DNA of 64,000 nt from an uncultured delta proteobacterium (GTDB lineage Bacteria > Desulfobacterota > WTBG01). A program made the position numbers and the translations under genes. The number at the start of each line of letters is the position of its first letter. Position 1 is the stretch's first letter. The notes beneath the pieces are model-generated. The model saw only the letters and a program-made list of their open reading frames with translations. It made no database searches and was not told the origin of the DNA. Positions 10,374 to 21,316 of this stretch are shown here, in pieces. Location: assembly GCA_963793865.1 (NCBI GenBank), contig CAWCBP010000011.1:64001-128000 (forward strand), written 5' to 3'.

Positions 10374-11148
10374 TTAAAACAACAGTGCGGTGATGATGTA
10401 GTTGGAGATGAGGATGAGCAGGCAGGAAAGAACAACGGCCTTGGTGGTGGCCCGGCCGACCCCTTCAGCGCCGCCCTGGGTATAAAACCCCTGGTAGCAG
10501 CTTACCACGGCAATGATCACGCCGAACACGCATGCCTTTAGCAACCCGCTGTAGATGTCGTTTAATTCCAGGAAATTCCAGGTCCGCTCCATGTAGATGT
10601 ATGGGTTGCTCTTGAGCATGTTGACGCTGACGATGTATCCCCCCGCGATGCCGATGATGTCGGCGAAGATCACCAGAACGGGCATCATGATGAGGGCTGC
10701 CAGCAATCGGGGCACGACGAGATATTGAATGGGATTGACCGCCAGGGTATAGAGGGCGTCAATCTGCTCGGTGACCCGCATGGTGCCCAGCTCGGCGGCC
10801 ATGGAGGAGCCCACCCGCCCCGAAACCATCAGTCCGGTTAAAACCGGACCAAGCTCCCGGGTCATGGAGAGGGCGACCACCGTCCCTACGAAGGCCTCGG
10901 CATTAAAGCGCTTGAAGCCGATGTAGCTCTGCAGGGCCAGGACCGCGCCGGTGAAGATGCCGGTGATGAGCACCACCGGCACTGACTTGATCCCCACCTC
11001 TTCCATCTGCCGGAACACATTTTTCGCGTTAAAAGGGCGCTGAAATACGAGGGTAACGGCCTTCCAGAGAAGCAGCGCCATTCTGCCCGATTCATCCATG
11101 CATTGAATACTGTATGATCCGATCAGGCTGGAGAAATTTTCTGATCAT
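10374..11148 (-). CDS. mlaE: MlaE-family ABC permease
   Basis: RELGPVLTGLMVSGRVGSSMAAELGTMRVTEQIDAL and GGAEGVGRATTKAVV motifs. Likely true start 11148, with a 1-base indel before ORF 10374..11099. Confidence 0.92.
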
Positions 11149-11155
11149 GGCAACT

Positions 11156-12304
11156 TTAGACGGGTTTGCCTTTTTTATAGTAGACGCGCGGTACCCTGGC
11201 GCTTACGGCGCAGAGCACCTCGTAGGGAATGGTGTGTGTCTTATCGGCTATGTCCTGCGCGGTGATTGTCTGATTGTCCTGCGATCCCAGGAGCACCACT
11301 TCATCGTGGAGTGAGATTCCCGGTATACCGGTTACGTCAACCATGGTCATATCCATGCAGACCACCCCCACCACCGGCGCCCGCTTCCCCCGAACCAGAA
11401 CTTCGCCGCAGTTGGAAAGGGTGCGACTGTATCCGTCGGCGTAGCCGATGGGCAGTGCGGCAATAAGGCTTTCTCGATCACAGGTAAACGTCCGCCCGTA
11501 GCTGATGGTGGTTCCTTTGGGGACTTCTTTAAGGGAAACAATCCTGGTGGTGAGGCTCATCACCGGTGAGAGATCAAGAACCTGCTTCATTCCTTTGGCA
11601 GGGTGAATCCCGTACAGCATAATCCCCGGGCGGACCAGGTTGCAGGAATGGGGCAAACTGGTTATGATGGCGGCGCTGTTGGCCAGATGGGTGTATGGCG
11701 GATGAATCCCCAGGCGGGCAAGCTCGTCGATGGTCTGCTGAAAGAGAGCTATCTGGCGCCGGGTGAATTCATTCCCCGCTTCACTGTCACCGTTGGTGTC
11801 GGCCAGATGCGTGAGGATGCCATGGATTTCCAGCCCCTTCAGCTTCAAAAGCTGCTCAAAGAAGGGCTTGACCTGCGAAGGCATTATCCCGAGCCTGCCC
11901 ATGCCGGTGTCGATCTTGATGTGGACCTTTATGTTCCGGCCGCCCGCACCGGCGCTTTTTGAGAGTGCCAGCGCCGATTCCAGGTTATACACCACGGGAA
12001 TTAAATCATGTTCCTGAACGCAGGGACCCTGCCCCTCGAAGGCGCCGCCCAGAACGATGATGGGGGTGCTGACGGAGGCCCGCCGCAGCTCTATTCCTTC
12101 CTCGCAGGTGGCCACGCCGAAAAAATCAACTCCCAAAGACTCCAGTGTCCGGGCGACCCGCACGGCGCCGTGTCCATAGGCATCCGCCTTCACCACGGCG
12201 AGGATGCTCCGTGATTCTCCTGCGGATTTTTTTATCCGGGCAAGGTTGCTCTCGAGGGCATCAAGATTAATTTCGGCTTGGGTGGGTCTTCCGGTTCCGG
12301 CCAT
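11156..12304 (-). CDS. alr: Alanine racemase
   Basis: AVVKADAYGHG (PLP lysine), HIKIDTGMGRLG, IGYADG, VCMD, TIPYE. Confidence 0.97.
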   Translation of the reverse strand: MAGTGRPTQAEINLDALESNLARIKKSAGESRSILAVVKADAYGHGAVRVARTLESLGVDFFGVATCEEGIELRRASVSTPIIVLGGAFEGQGPCVQEHDLIPVVYNLESALALSKSAGAGGRNIKVHIKIDTGMGRLGIMPSQVKPFFEQLLKLKGLEIHGILTHLADTNGDSEAGNEFTRRQIALFQQTIDELARLGIHPPYTHLANSAAIITSLPHSCNLVRPGIMLYGIHPAKGMKQVLDLSPVMSLTTRIVSLKEVPKGTTISYGRTFTCDRESLIAALPIGYADGYSRTLSNCGEVLVRGKRAPVVGVVCMDMTMVDVTGIPGISLHDEVVLLGSQDNQTITAQDIADKTHTIPYEVLCAVSARVPRVYYKKGKPV

Positions 12305-12319
12305 GGCGCACTATCCTGG

Positions 12320-12408
12320 CAGGTTGTTGAAAAAGTAGTTTTTCAAGGCTGTTCAAAAGCCCCTTCCCCTTTGAGCCTCAAATCAGATGGGTGTTTTTCA
12401 ACCGCCTG
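12320..12408. mobile_element. MITE-like element
   Basis: Terminal inverted repeats CAGGTTGTTGAAAAA...TTTTTCAACCGCCTG; relative at 24084-24210. Confidence 0.6.
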
Positions 12409-14024
12409 TTAGGGAAGAATGATGCGGCCTGATTCGCTTCTTTTTTCCTTCTGCGATTGCTCTTTCAAGAAGGAGAAGTTTTTTGTCACCGTTTGCAGCG
12501 CGAAGGGGTGCTTTTCAGAAGGAACTCCGTCCGGTGAAAATGCGAGCGCTGCCGCAAAGGCAACCTTTGCATCCTCTTTTTGACCTGATTCCCAGAAGAT
12601 GAAGGCGATCTCTTCCAGGCGTCTTTGGAAGAGCAGGCGGTTTCCCTCATCGAAAAACTGCCGGGCGGTCTTCTGCACGATTTCATTCATGCGCTCTTTT
12701 TTCTGCGGCTCTGCGAGCACCAGCAGGCTGTTTTCCACCTCATAGACCTCTTTGTAGCAATCAACCAGCAGCTTCCATTCCAGAAGCCAGAAGGCAGCCT
12801 CGTATTTTTCAATGAGTGAAGGGGACTGGTTGAGCAGGAATTCCTGGGAGCGTATTTCATCCGCCGGCAGCAGTGTGTAAATCGCGGCGCGCTCCAATTC
12901 CCGCTCCGGCCGGCCGAACATTTTCTTCCAGAGAAAAAAGCTCTCCGGAATCCTGGTGCCCGAGGTGTGATTTTTCCGGGAGGACTCCTTGATGAGAAAG
13001 TGACAGTAGTCAAGATCGATTTCAACCATGGAGATCTGCTTGTTCGCTTTAACCTTGTTCAGGTAGGCGTTAAAATCTTTGTGTGCGGCGGTTGACGCGA
13101 TCAGGTCATTAATGCCCTTCTGATCATTGATCAGGAATTGCAGGATGAGCAGCTCCTGCTCGGTTTTCGGCTTGACCGCAACGATCAGCCGCTCTCCCAG
13201 CGGGTCTATGGTGGTGGCGTATGCGCTGGGGGAGGGGAGGGGTATCCGCTTTTCTGCGGCTGGGACGGCGCCGCAGGTTCATGCAGTTCAACCTCAATGC
13301 CCTTGTTTTTAAGGCGATAGAGGGTTTTTTTTATGCTCTTGGACAGCTCCTTGTCCTTGATTTCCTTGAGCAGGCACTGCAGCAACTGCACCTCGGTTTT
13401 CCCGGCCCGGGCGCTCAAGTAATCGATGATCCTGGGCGCGATGGCGCTTTTCTCCTGAAGCAAGCGCGCCAGCAGGGGAAGGCTTCTCTCTTTCTTGTAA
13501 TGTACCAGCTCCATGATAATGCCCATCTGGAAGGCGGGCTTGAGCGCTGAAAAAGCCGCGATCAGTTTTGCGCCCTCCTGCGTCTGCAGGGCCTTACCAT
13601 CTTCCAGCAACTTCGAGAGCTGGTTGGCCATCTCCTCTGCCTCGTTGGCGATTTGGAGGAGGTTGCTGTCGATGATGGTGTCTGATCGGATCAGGTAGTG
13701 AAGCATATCCACCAGTATCTGGGGGGCAAAGCTCTCCTTCTGCACCACGCTGTTTAAGCTTTCACTCAAGCTGAACTTCTTGAGGTGGGGAAAGAGGTGG
13801 TTGATCATAAAAGCCTGCTCGGCGATGGTGCTTTTGCCGAATCGCCTGGAAACAATTGTAGCGTAGTCAATGGCAGAATGCTCCAATTCTCTTATCTTGC
13901 TGAAAAGGAGGGTAGTGTCGGGAACGGTTGCACACCCGGAAAGAATTTCATCTACTATCTTCGCAATGCCGGCCTTCTCATCAGCCGCCGGCTTGGCGGT
14001 TTTCTTTGGTTCCTTGTTCTTCAT
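12409..14024 (-). CDS. Conserved hypothetical helical protein; frameshift near 13230
   Basis: ORFs 13206..14024 and 12409..13029 are linked by an open shifted frame (AYATTIDPLGERLIVAVK). The KSIKKTLYRLK and RRLEEIA segments read as protein. Confidence 0.6.
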
Positions 14025-14247
14025 GAATGATTATCCTCAAGGGCTATGCCGCGGATTAGAGTTTTAGCAGTGCAAAAGGTAAAAATTTGGCCTGCAATCA
14101 AGGCAGACCAATAGAGCGATATTTCATACATCTATTTTTTTTAATTGTAAACAAGTTATTTTAGTACTATAAAATAAGAGCCGTACATATTTGAATTTTA
14201 CACGGTACCATGAATAAATGCGAAGCACGAAAGGAGACACACTCTTG

Positions 14248-15651
14248 ATGGTCAGGACACGATTTGCCCCGAGCCCGACGGGTCATCTGCATGTTGGGAG
14301 CGCGCGGACGGCGCTCTTCAACTGGCTTTTTGCCAGGCATCATGGCGGGGTATTCATTCTGCGCATAGAAGATACTGATGTCGCCCGATCCACCGAAGAA
14401 TCAACCCAGGCCATCCTTGAAAGCATGAAATGGCTGGGACTGGACTGGGATGAAGGTCCGTATTTCCAAAGCCAACGAACGGCAATTTACCGTGAGCATG
14501 TTGACCTGCTGTTGAGCCAGGGAAAGGCGTACCGCTGCTATTGTGATCCCGATCAGCTTGAGGAGAAGAGAAAAGAGGCCCTCGCCCGCGGCGATAAGCC
14601 CAAATACCCGGGGACCTGCCGGGAGTTAAAAGAGGTATATTCCGACCGGCCGTTTGCCATCAGGTTCAAGGCGCCGCAAGCAGGACAGACTGAAGTGCAT
14701 GACCTGATAAAGGGCAGGGTCGTCTTTGACAATGCCGAGCTTGACGACCTGGTCATCTGCCGCCGGGACGGTACTCCCACCTATAATTTCGTGGTGGTGG
14801 TTGATGACGTGACCATGAAGATCACCCATATCATCAGGGGCGATGACCATTTGAACAATACACCCCGGCAGATTCTCCTCTACCAGGCTTTTAACTATCC
14901 GCTGCCGTCATTTGCCCACATGTCGCTTACGCTGGGAACGGACAGGGCGCGACTGAGCAAGCGGCACGGCGCCACATCGGTTGTGGCCTACCGGGACATG
15001 GGCTATCTCCCCCAGGCGCTCAACAATTTCATTGTGAGGCTGGGATGGTCGTGCGGGGACCAGGAGATCTTCAGCACCGAAGAGCTGATCCAGAAGTTCA
15101 GCCTGGAGCATGTGGGAAAGTCAGCTGGGATTTTCAACGCCGATAAGCTCAACTGGCTTAACGCGCACTACATAAAACAGGAAACAGATGAGAATCTCGC
15201 GCGGCTGGTTGTCCCGTTTCTCCAAAAGAAGGGCTATACACTGGACGGGTCAATTGACCTGGTGAAGGTGGTCCGGGGCTTTAAGGAGCGATCCAAAACA
15301 CTTGAGGAGATGGCCGAAAAGGCGGCCTTCTATTTCAGGGATACCCTGGAGTATGATCCTGACGCGGCAGCGAAGTTCTTAACGCCCCAGATGGTGGATG
15401 TATTTGCCGGGATGATAGGCTATGTTGAGAGCACCGGGGCTACTGATGAGAAGGAGCTTGAAGCAGTGTTCAAGAGGATGCAGGAGGAGCGCGGACTCTC
15501 GCTCAAGCAGCTCGCCCAGGGTCACCGCGTCGCCCTGACCGGGGGAACGGCAAGCCCGGGGATTTATGAGGTAATGGCCGCACTTGGCAAGGAGAAGGTG
15601 ACCAGGCGGCTGCGCGACGCCATGGCGTTTATAAAAAGCTCCGGAACATGA
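14248..15651 (+). CDS. gltX: Glutamate--tRNA ligase
   Basis: [33 protein letters not shown]. Confidence 0.97.
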   Translation: MVRTRFAPSPTGHLHVGSARTALFNWLFARHHGGVFILRIEDTDVARSTEESTQAILESMKWLGLDWDEGPYFQSQRTAIYREHVDLLLSQGKAYRCYCDPDQLEEKRKEALARGDKPKYPGTCRELKEVYSDRPFAIRFKAPQAGQTEVHDLIKGRVVFDNAELDDLVICRRDGTPTYNFVVVVDDVTMKITHIIRGDDHLNNTPRQILLYQAFNYPLPSFAHMSLTLGTDRARLSKRHGATSVVAYRDMGYLPQALNNFIVRLGWSCGDQEIFSTEELIQKFSLEHVGKSAGIFNADKLNWLNAHYIKQETDENLARLVVPFLQKKGYTLDGSIDLVKVVRGFKERSKTLEEMAEKAAFYFRDTLEYDPDAAAKFLTPQMVDVFAGMIGYVESTGATDEKELEAVFKRMQEERGLSLKQLAQGHRVALTGGTASPGIYEVMAALGKEKVTRRLRDAMAFIKSSGT

Positions 15652-15732
15652 GTGATGAAGTAGTAGGATTGATAATTGTGTGTGAGAAATTACATTTGGC
15701 AACAATGGCTCAACGAAGAATTGTACGAAACC

Positions 15733-15948
15733 ATGAATAGTAAAAGCCGCCCGAATCATAAGCTATATATTCAAGTGCTCCGCAACATGTCACCGGAAAA
15801 AAGGCTGCTTAAGGCATTCGAATTGTCTGAATTTGCCAGGCAACTTTTCATTCATGGATTACGCAAGAGATTTCCGCACCTTGAAGAAAGTGAATTCAAA
15901 AAGCTCCTTTTAAAGCGACTGGATAAATGTCACAACAGGACTTATTAA
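15733..15948 (+). CDS. Small basic protein upstream of nucleotidyltransferase (putative antitoxin/partner)
   Basis: LRNMSPEKRL...GLRKRFP; overlaps the next start; AT-rich. Confidence 0.55.
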   Translation: MNSKSRPNHKLYIQVLRNMSPEKRLLKAFELSEFARQLFIHGLRKRFPHLEESEFKKLLLKRLDKCHNRTY

Positions 15949-16493
15949 AAAAGGTTACACGGGTTCTTGATCAAACCGGGATTCCATACATGATCACCGG
16001 CTCGGTTGTATCAAGCTTACAGGGTGAACCACGATCTACCCATGATATAGATATGGTCATTGCGATTCAGAAATCAGCTGCAGAAATATTGGCCAAGGCT
16101 TTCCCACCGCCCGACTTTTATTTGGACGAAAGCAGCATTCTTGATGCGATTATCAGACAGGGCATGTTTAATCTGCTTGAAGTAACAACCGGGGATAAAG
16201 TGGATTTTTGGATATTAACCGATACCCCTTTTGACCAATCACGTTTTTCGCGAAAAGTAAATGAAGAATGTATGGGCGTGCAATTACAGATTTCCAGTCC
16301 GGAGGATACAATTCTGGCTAAATTGAGATGGGCAAAACTTTCGGGGGGCAGTGAAAAACAATTTATTGATGCGCTGCGAGTCTATGAAGTACAGCATGAG
16401 AAATTAGACATGCATTACATAGAACGGTGGGCAAAGGATTTAGACATTGAATCATTGTGGAAAAGGTTGCGAGAGGAAGCAGAAGCAACATAG
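15927..16493 (+). CDS. Nucleotidyltransferase-fold protein (DUF6036-like)
   Basis: ITGS...PRSTHDID motif, SPEDTILAKL, KQFID. Confidence 0.75.
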   Translation: MSQQDLLKKVTRVLDQTGIPYMITGSVVSSLQGEPRSTHDIDMVIAIQKSAAEILAKAFPPPDFYLDESSILDAIIRQGMFNLLEVTTGDKVDFWILTDTPFDQSRFSRKVNEECMGVQLQISSPEDTILAKLRWAKLSGGSEKQFIDALRVYEVQHEKLDMHYIERWAKDLDIESLWKRLREEAEAT

Positions 16494-16502
16494 ATTGGTA
16501 TC

Positions 16503-16838
16503 TTATTTTTTGCGGGGGCAGGCTGCCAGCGCGGCCACGAACAGCAGCCATGAGAGGCCCTCGTCCCGCAGTTCTCTCATCTGCATGGGTGAAGTGCCGT
16601 CCACCGCGATGCCGAAGAGACGCACGGCAACAACGCAGGCGTTGAGGACCACCAGCACCCACAGGCAATTGACCAGGCGTCCCGGCCTGATAAGCCCGTA
16701 GCCGGCGTACAAAGCCAATCCCAGGAACAGGGCGCCGGGACCCGCGCGCAGGAAATTGATGGATTCCGGAGACCCGGTGGCGCTGATGCCGAAGCCGGCA
16801 ATGTGCTTCAGCGGTTCGAGGATGTAAAGATAAGCCAA
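16503..16838 (-). CDS. Small membrane protein (DUF4345-like); start may lie upstream
   Basis: Hydrophobic segments, NFLRA and RLFGIAVDG motifs. Confidence 0.5.
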   Translation of the reverse strand: MAYLYILEPLKHIAGFGISATGSPESINFLRAGPGALFLGLALYAGYGLIRPGRLVNCLWVLVVLNACVVAVRLFGIAVDGTSPMQMRELRDEGLSWLLFVAALAACPRKK

Positions 16839-16940
16839 AAAGATAAAAATCAGCAGCGCGTAAGCAGTGACAATCCGCGCGAACCAGAGTCTGGCAGTTT
16901 ACATGTGTCCCCCCTCAACACGACAACACAGTCGTATTTC

Positions 16941-16968
16941 GTAGGGGCGACCGGCCGGTCGCCCCTAC
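16941..16968. repeat. Perfect 28-bp GTAG-family REP palindrome
   Basis: GTAGGGGCGACCGGCCGGTCGCCCCTAC; near-identical copy at 51531-51558. Confidence 0.85.
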
Positions 16969-17001
16969 AAGTATATAAAGGCAGCGATCACAATATTTCT
17001 T

Positions 17002-17511
17002 TCAATCCTTCCAGTCGCGGATGCGGAACTGGCACTCTTTGCCGCCTTTTCCCATCATGGAGATGATTTCCCACCGGCCCCGCTTGTCACGGAGCGCCAC
17101 TTCAACATCATACCCGCAGATAAAATCACAGGGGCTTTCGGATGTGCCCATCTTTCTGGCCATATCAAGAAACGGGCACTTGGTGAGATGTTCATAATAC
17201 ACGTCTTCACCATTCTCGATTTCATGATCAAAGGTGAGTTCAAAGCCCAGCACCGGAAAGCTGATCATTTCCCGTTTCATAAGCTCGAGGATGGACAGTT
17301 TCCCGCCGGGGAAATTCTTTCTGATCCGTTTCATCCCCTCATCATATAATTTTTTAAAGACCTCCGTTCCCTCCTTTTCTCCCAGGACTTTTTTCAGGTC
17401 CAGATAGAGGTTGATTCTGTCGCTGGTGACGGCTTCGCGCACTCTCTGAAGCTGTTGTTCGGTGGACAAGGGTTTTGCGTCGGTGGTGATTTTCGGCATA
17501 CATCCTCCCAT
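17002..17511 (-). CDS. ATC hydrolase (L-2-amino-thiazoline-4-carboxylate hydrolase)-like family protein
   Basis: TKCPF...PCDFICGYD...MGKGGKECQF cysteine pattern. Confidence 0.6.
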   Translation of the reverse strand: MGGCMPKITTDAKPLSTEQQLQRVREAVTSDRINLYLDLKKVLGEKEGTEVFKKLYDEGMKRIRKNFPGGKLSILELMKREMISFPVLGFELTFDHEIENGEDVYYEHLTKCPFLDMARKMGTSESPCDFICGYDVEVALRDKRGRWEIISMMGKGGKECQFRIRDWKD

Positions 17512-17600
17512 GATGGCGTAGCTCAGACGGTTTCTGAACTACCTGGTTTTAAGTATTCCCTCAGCCGGAGGGATTGATCTCATGTCCCGCATGTGCGCGG

Positions 17601-18164
17601 TCATTTGTGAAACGCCTTTAACCCGGTAATGGAAATAAGGTCCCGGTAGTTTTTTCTGAACCTGCTCCACATCCGGCGCATATCCCGGTACCGCTGCAGC
17701 CAGTCCAGGATAAGCAAATCGAGGGCTGCGGCCTCCGACCAGTTGACGTCCTTCCTGTAGCCCAGGACCATGGAAACCCCGGTCGCCTCCATAAAACGGG
17801 TCATGCGTGCGGCTTCCATGTCTATGGTTTCGCAGCTCCCGAAGTGCACTACCCAGTTCGGAAAGCCCTGGCCCATGTATGACGCCAGGCTTTCAATCTT
17901 TATGCGCGCTTCGTCCAAAACAATCTGGCCCGGGTGTCCGTGGAAGGAAAGGTATAAAATTCCGTACCCGGGTTTTTTCTTCAGCTTGTTGAGATTGTGC
18001 TTCAGCTCCGCCCTGGTATCGCAGGTCAGGTAGATGAACTTAAGGTCGTGCAGGCGCGAAACCAGCTGAAGTATGGGAAGCACGCTGAGGTGGGTTTCCA
18101 TGGTGGGATCCCAGAGGGACTCAATGCAGGCAATTTTCTTGGTGTAGCTCTTGACCCTGGCCAT
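17601..18164 (-). CDS. DUF6642-like protein (caspase/CHAT-like His-Cys motifs)
   Basis: CIESLW, ILYLSFHG, VHFGSCET, GYRKDVNW. Confidence 0.6.
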   Translation of the reverse strand: MARVKSYTKKIACIESLWDPTMETHLSVLPILQLVSRLHDLKFIYLTCDTRAELKHNLNKLKKKPGYGILYLSFHGHPGQIVLDEARIKIESLASYMGQGFPNWVVHFGSCETIDMEAARMTRFMEATGVSMVLGYRKDVNWSEAAALDLLILDWLQRYRDMRRMWSRFRKNYRDLISITGLKAFHK

Positions 18165-18192
18165 ACTGATTTCTTTCCGACAGAAACGGCTG

Positions 18193-18735
18193 CTAACCCT
18201 TCGGTTTAAAAACCGCCCTGAACTTTTCCAGCTTGGGGTGGATGACCGCGGCGCTATACGGTGTTCCGGAATTAAGCCGGTAGTAGTTTTGATGATAGCC
18301 CTCGGCCGGGAAAAAGTTTGTAGAGGGGCTGATTTCGGTTACGACAGGATTAGGCCACCTGCCCGAGGCGTCAAGCTCACGTTTGCTCTTTTCCGCCGCC
18401 TCACGCTGCTGTTCATCGTGGTAGAAAATGACCGAACGGTATTGCGTGCCCACGTCCGCGCCCTGACGGTTGAGGGTGGTGGGATCATGCGCCTGAAAGA
18501 AAACCGTGAGCAGTTCCGGGTAGGTAATAATGGCGGGGTCAAAGGTGATCCGGCAGACTTCCGCGTGGCCGGTGGTTCCGGTGCACACCTCTTCGTAGGT
18601 GGGGTTATCCACCGTTCCTCCGGCATAACCTGAAAGGACTGATTTCACACCGTCAAGTAGCTGGAAAATGGCCTCAACGCACCAGAAACATCCGGCGCCG
18701 AAGGTGGCCAGTTCAAGCCGATCAGGCTGGTTCAT
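18193..18735 (-). CDS. msrA: Peptide-methionine (S)-S-oxide reductase
   Basis: GAGCFWC, GTTGHAE, QGADVGTQYRS, AEGYHQNY. Confidence 0.96.
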   Translation of the reverse strand: MNQPDRLELATFGAGCFWCVEAIFQLLDGVKSVLSGYAGGTVDNPTYEEVCTGTTGHAEVCRITFDPAIITYPELLTVFFQAHDPTTLNRQGADVGTQYRSVIFYHDEQQREAAEKSKRELDASGRWPNPVVTEISPSTNFFPAEGYHQNYYRLNSGTPYSAAVIHPKLEKFRAVFKPKG

Positions 18736-18795
18736 AGGGTTTCCTTTTGAAGGCGCACGAGCGATATATAGTCAGCCAAACATGTTTTTAAGTTT

Positions 18796-18849
18796 CGGTA
18801 GGAGCGCCTTCAGGCGCGATAAATTCGCGGCTAAAAGCCGCTCCTACCG
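18796..18849. repeat. Inverted REP doublet (REPIN-like)
   Basis: CGGTAGGAGCGCCTTCAGGCGCGA-TAAAT-TCGCGGCTAAAAGCCGCTCCTACCG. Confidence 0.85.
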
Positions 18850-18958
18850 GTCATATATTTCTGAGAGATTCACCGGACCAAGGCTGGTACATTCTTAGAT
18901 TTAACACCGAATCTATTATAATGTTTCAGAGGGAAAGTCAAACTAATAGGGCAGGATG

Positions 18959-19751
18959 TTACAGTGACAGGGAGATCGGCTTGACCTGCCCTTCGCAGCA
19001 GCGGTTGAGCAGTTCGCGGGTGTAAAGAATATCGTGCATGTTTTTAAGTTCTATGACCCACCAGGTACAGGAAGGCGTTTTTGCAAGCAATTCGACACGG
19101 GTGCGTATGGCCTCGAAGCTTGCCGGAGCCACGTGGCCTTCGCCCAGGGTTTCCGTATGATATATGTGGGCGTTTAAAATTCTGGACTCGGTTAGGAAGG
19201 AGATAGCGCTCAAAGACGCGCCCCTCAACATCACGGGAAGCGCACGCATGAGCGTGCCCTATATCAAGCGTCACACCCGCCCCGCTTTGCTGCACCAGCT
19301 CATGGAACAGCTCCGGCAGACTCGTCCACTGCGAAGCGAGATTTTCAAGCGAGACAATGACCCCCAGGTCTGCGCCCCGCCGTACCAGGGTGGTAAGATT
19401 TTGCACCGCCTGTTTAAAATCAAGCTCTTCCTGTGAAACCCTGCCGAAGCCGGTATGCACGGTCATGTGTTTTCTTCCAGCCAGCGCTATCCGCTCCATT
19501 GTTTCGGTAAGCACCGCCAGGGATGAGGCTGCGCGCCCTGCATCTGCGTAACCGATGTCCACACCCCGGAAGGGACAGTGAAAACGTACCTCGAGGGGTT
19601 GCAAACATGCCATGCGCGAGAGGAAGTCCCCCTTCGACTGCTGCTGATCAATTGTCCAGTCGATCCCTTCGAAGCCCTGCGACAGAGCGAAATCCAGCAG
19701 CCTTCGGGCGTCCTGATCAAAAATATTGATGATGGCTATGCGCGGGTTCAT
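18959..19751 (-). CDS. Xylose-isomerase-like TIM-barrel protein; frameshift near 19180
   Basis: FHCPF, TVHTG, SLENL, TLDIGHAH; shifted frame continues NAHIYHTE...GH...WWVIEL. Confidence 0.75.
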
Positions 19752-20003
19752 GAACTATATACTAGCGCATTACCATACCTGATGGCAAATAAGTAAATTC
19801 AATGAAGGTTGTGCGTGCTATAGAAGAAGCTAATACCCCGGTCCATCTTTTGCAATGATGCGCCGCGCAATAAACACCGCCGGAGCGAGAAAAGCCTTTT
19901 CAGGGGTGGGAACTTAAGGTATGATTTGACGTCCGAGCAGTCTATGACAATACTGCAGACGGTTTTCTCTACTGTATGGTGCCGATACTTGATCCAGCAG
20001 CTT

Positions 20004-21313
20004 ATGCGATGTATTCTTCTTGTTCTTGACGGTCTTGGCGATAAGGGTCATGCCTGCTTCGGCGGGAAGACGCCTCTCCAGGCAGCCGCCACGCCCAATC
20101 TTGACCGGCTGGCTTCCCTGGGGATGAACGGCCTTTATCACAGCTACCTGCAGGGGACAGCCATGCCCAGCGAGATTGCCCATTTTCTCATGTTCGGCTA
20201 CGGGCTGGATGAATTTCCCGGCAGGGGCCTGCTTGAGGCGTTGGGGGAGGGGATTCGCATCCGAGATGATGAGGTGTATGTGCTGGCCAGGATATGTTCG
20301 GTCAAGCGCAAACAGGAGCTGCTGATCCTTCACAATGAAAGCCCTGCCCTTGACGGTAAAACCTGCCGGACGCTGCAGAAAGAGATCAAGGACTATCAGC
20401 ATGGTTCGGTGGCCATAGAGTTTATTTCTACCAGGGGCGTCCTGGGCATACTCAGGTTAAGCGGGGACGTATCGGTACATATAACCGATTCCAACCCCAT
20501 GTCTGAAGGGCGCCCCCTGATGGAGGTGCTGCCCGTAAGCGGATGCGAAGACCGGGACAACGCGTATGCCACCGCAGGAGCCTTGAATGAGTATCTGAGA
20601 TGGTGCTACCGCACTCTCTCCAAACATCCCCTGAACAGGGAGATGGCCCGGAAGGGGCTGCTGCCGGGAAACGCGGTGGCAACGCAAAGGCCGGGGATGA
20701 AACGAAACCTTCCTTCCATGAATGAAAAGTGGGGCCTTCGCTGTCTGTCCATATCATCAGGTCCCGTTTACCATGGGCTGTGCTCCCTGCTGGGGATGGA
20801 AAATCACCGGGTGGCGGAGAAAGCGGACCCTGAAAAAGACCTGCGCCACCGGCTGAAGCTGGCCAGGGAGGCCACTGACTTTGATTTTGTTCACGTCCAC
20901 ACCAAGGCACCTGATGAGGCCTCCCACACCAAAGATCCGGAGCATAAGAAGGCGGTAATCGAAGCGCTTGACAGGGCGCTCGACTACGCCCTGGATGAAA
21001 TTGCAAGCTGACGAAGACCTGCTCCTGGTTATTACCGTCAGATCACTCGACTGCCAGCACCGGCGCCATGATTCATTCCGGTGAAACCGTTCCTCTCACC
21101 ATCCTGGGGAGGTACGCGCGGAGGGATGCAGTCAGCGCGTTTAACGAAGTCAGCTGCGCCGGCGGCTGCCTCGGGCCGGTGAGGGGAAAGGAACTCATGT
21201 ATCTCATCCTCAATTTTCTGGACAGGGGGAAACTCTGGGGAACCATGGATTCGCCTGTAAACCAGCCTTTCTTCCCGGGTAGGTATAAGCCCTTGCGCAT
21301 TAACCAAGGATAA
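20004..21313 (+). CDS. Cofactor-independent phosphoglycerate mutase, ApgM-like (alkaline phosphatase superfamily); indels near 21005-21040
   Basis: LVLDGLGD, TPLQAAATPNLDRLA, PSEIAH, FVHVHTKAPDEASH, then DHST...HSGETVP in the shifted frame. Confidence 0.8.
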
Positions 21314-21316
21314 AGT

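Noticed and set aside
21009..21011. TGA in the ApgM-like gene as selenocysteine
   Set aside because: The conserved DHST/HSGE motifs lie in shifted frames; this is an indel, not readthrough.
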